A stretch of DNA of 64,000 nt from Takakia lepidozioides. Its lineage: Eukaryota > Plantae > Bryophyta. A program made the translations under genes and the position numbers. How positions within the stretch are numbered: position 1 is the stretch's first letter; the number at the start of each line of letters is the position of its first letter. Of the stretch, positions 63,389 through 64,000 are shown piece after piece. The stretch lies in contig CM060732.1 of the NCBI GenBank assembly GCA_030704615.1, forward strand, positions 27,404,001 to 27,468,000, read 5' to 3'. The notes under the pieces are model-generated. The model made no database searches. It saw only the letters and a list, made by a program, of their open reading frames with translations, and was not told where the DNA came from.

Positions 63389-64000
63389 AGAACAACAATA
63401 GAACAATAGTGGAAAGAGAAGGGACAATTCTTCATGATTAGTTTGTTTCTTAGCTATGGCTAGTGTTAGGGTAGTGACGTGCGGTTAACGATCTCCCTTT
63501 GAAGGTGGGGTTACTTTATTTTCATACTGTCCTCTAGACACCCGATGACAATGCAAATCAGTAATTCTATTGCCGTCGCAAGTGTGCACCGCAGCACTAT
63601 AGTTCATTGCTGCATGTTAGCCTCACCTTACCGTGGGCCCAGGTTATGTAGATTCTTGGCACCTTGACTTCAGAATCTTTGCTTGATTATGACCTGTTGT
63701 TCTACGAGCCCACATACTCATGCAGGTATGCTTTAGGACCGTGTAGGCAAGCTTCTTCCGGAGCTGTTAGGGTTTCGTGCTAAAATGTGTTTGCTAGCTC
63801 TTTGAATGTCCAAGTTTTCCAGACTTAAAGGACTATTATTTTCTTAAGGTTGGTCAGATTGCGGCAGATGAGGGCAGGTTTAAAGTGTTCCGCGTTCTTG
63901 TCTTCTTTTCTCTTCGGTGTGTTACGTTTTCCCAGTCTATATACATTGGCTGTCACTGTTGTGGTTCTTGCCAAGATCCAGGTAGGGTACATGTATTGGT

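Overview
Eukaryotic nuclear DNA from a non-seed land plant, probably a bryophyte (inferred from the TTTAGGG repeats, a PLS-class PPR gene and a plant-type 18S). A PPR gene with an N-terminal OSB-type PDF motif lies at the left end and a decayed DNA primase small-subunit gene at the right. Between them is a ~52 kb nest of mobile elements. (i) Endonuclease-less Penelope-like retroelements (PLEs) carry minimal hammerhead ribozymes and telomeric-repeat 3' ends, and have a ~1.1 kb non-coding partner element. (ii) Three copies of a large Mutator-like (MULE) transposon are present; the most complete copy encodes a second, ParB-like protein. A GGCGCC-centred palindrome is arrayed through the element's non-coding DNA. 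(iii) There are also chromovirus Ty3/Gypsy copies, a hAT fragment and an 18S rDNA fragment fused to a PLE 5' end. The strongest candidates for new biology are the MULE ParB-like ORF with its palindrome arrays and the interstitial, telomere-tailed, ribozyme-bearing PLE system. All assignments come from reading motifs by eye; no database searches were run.
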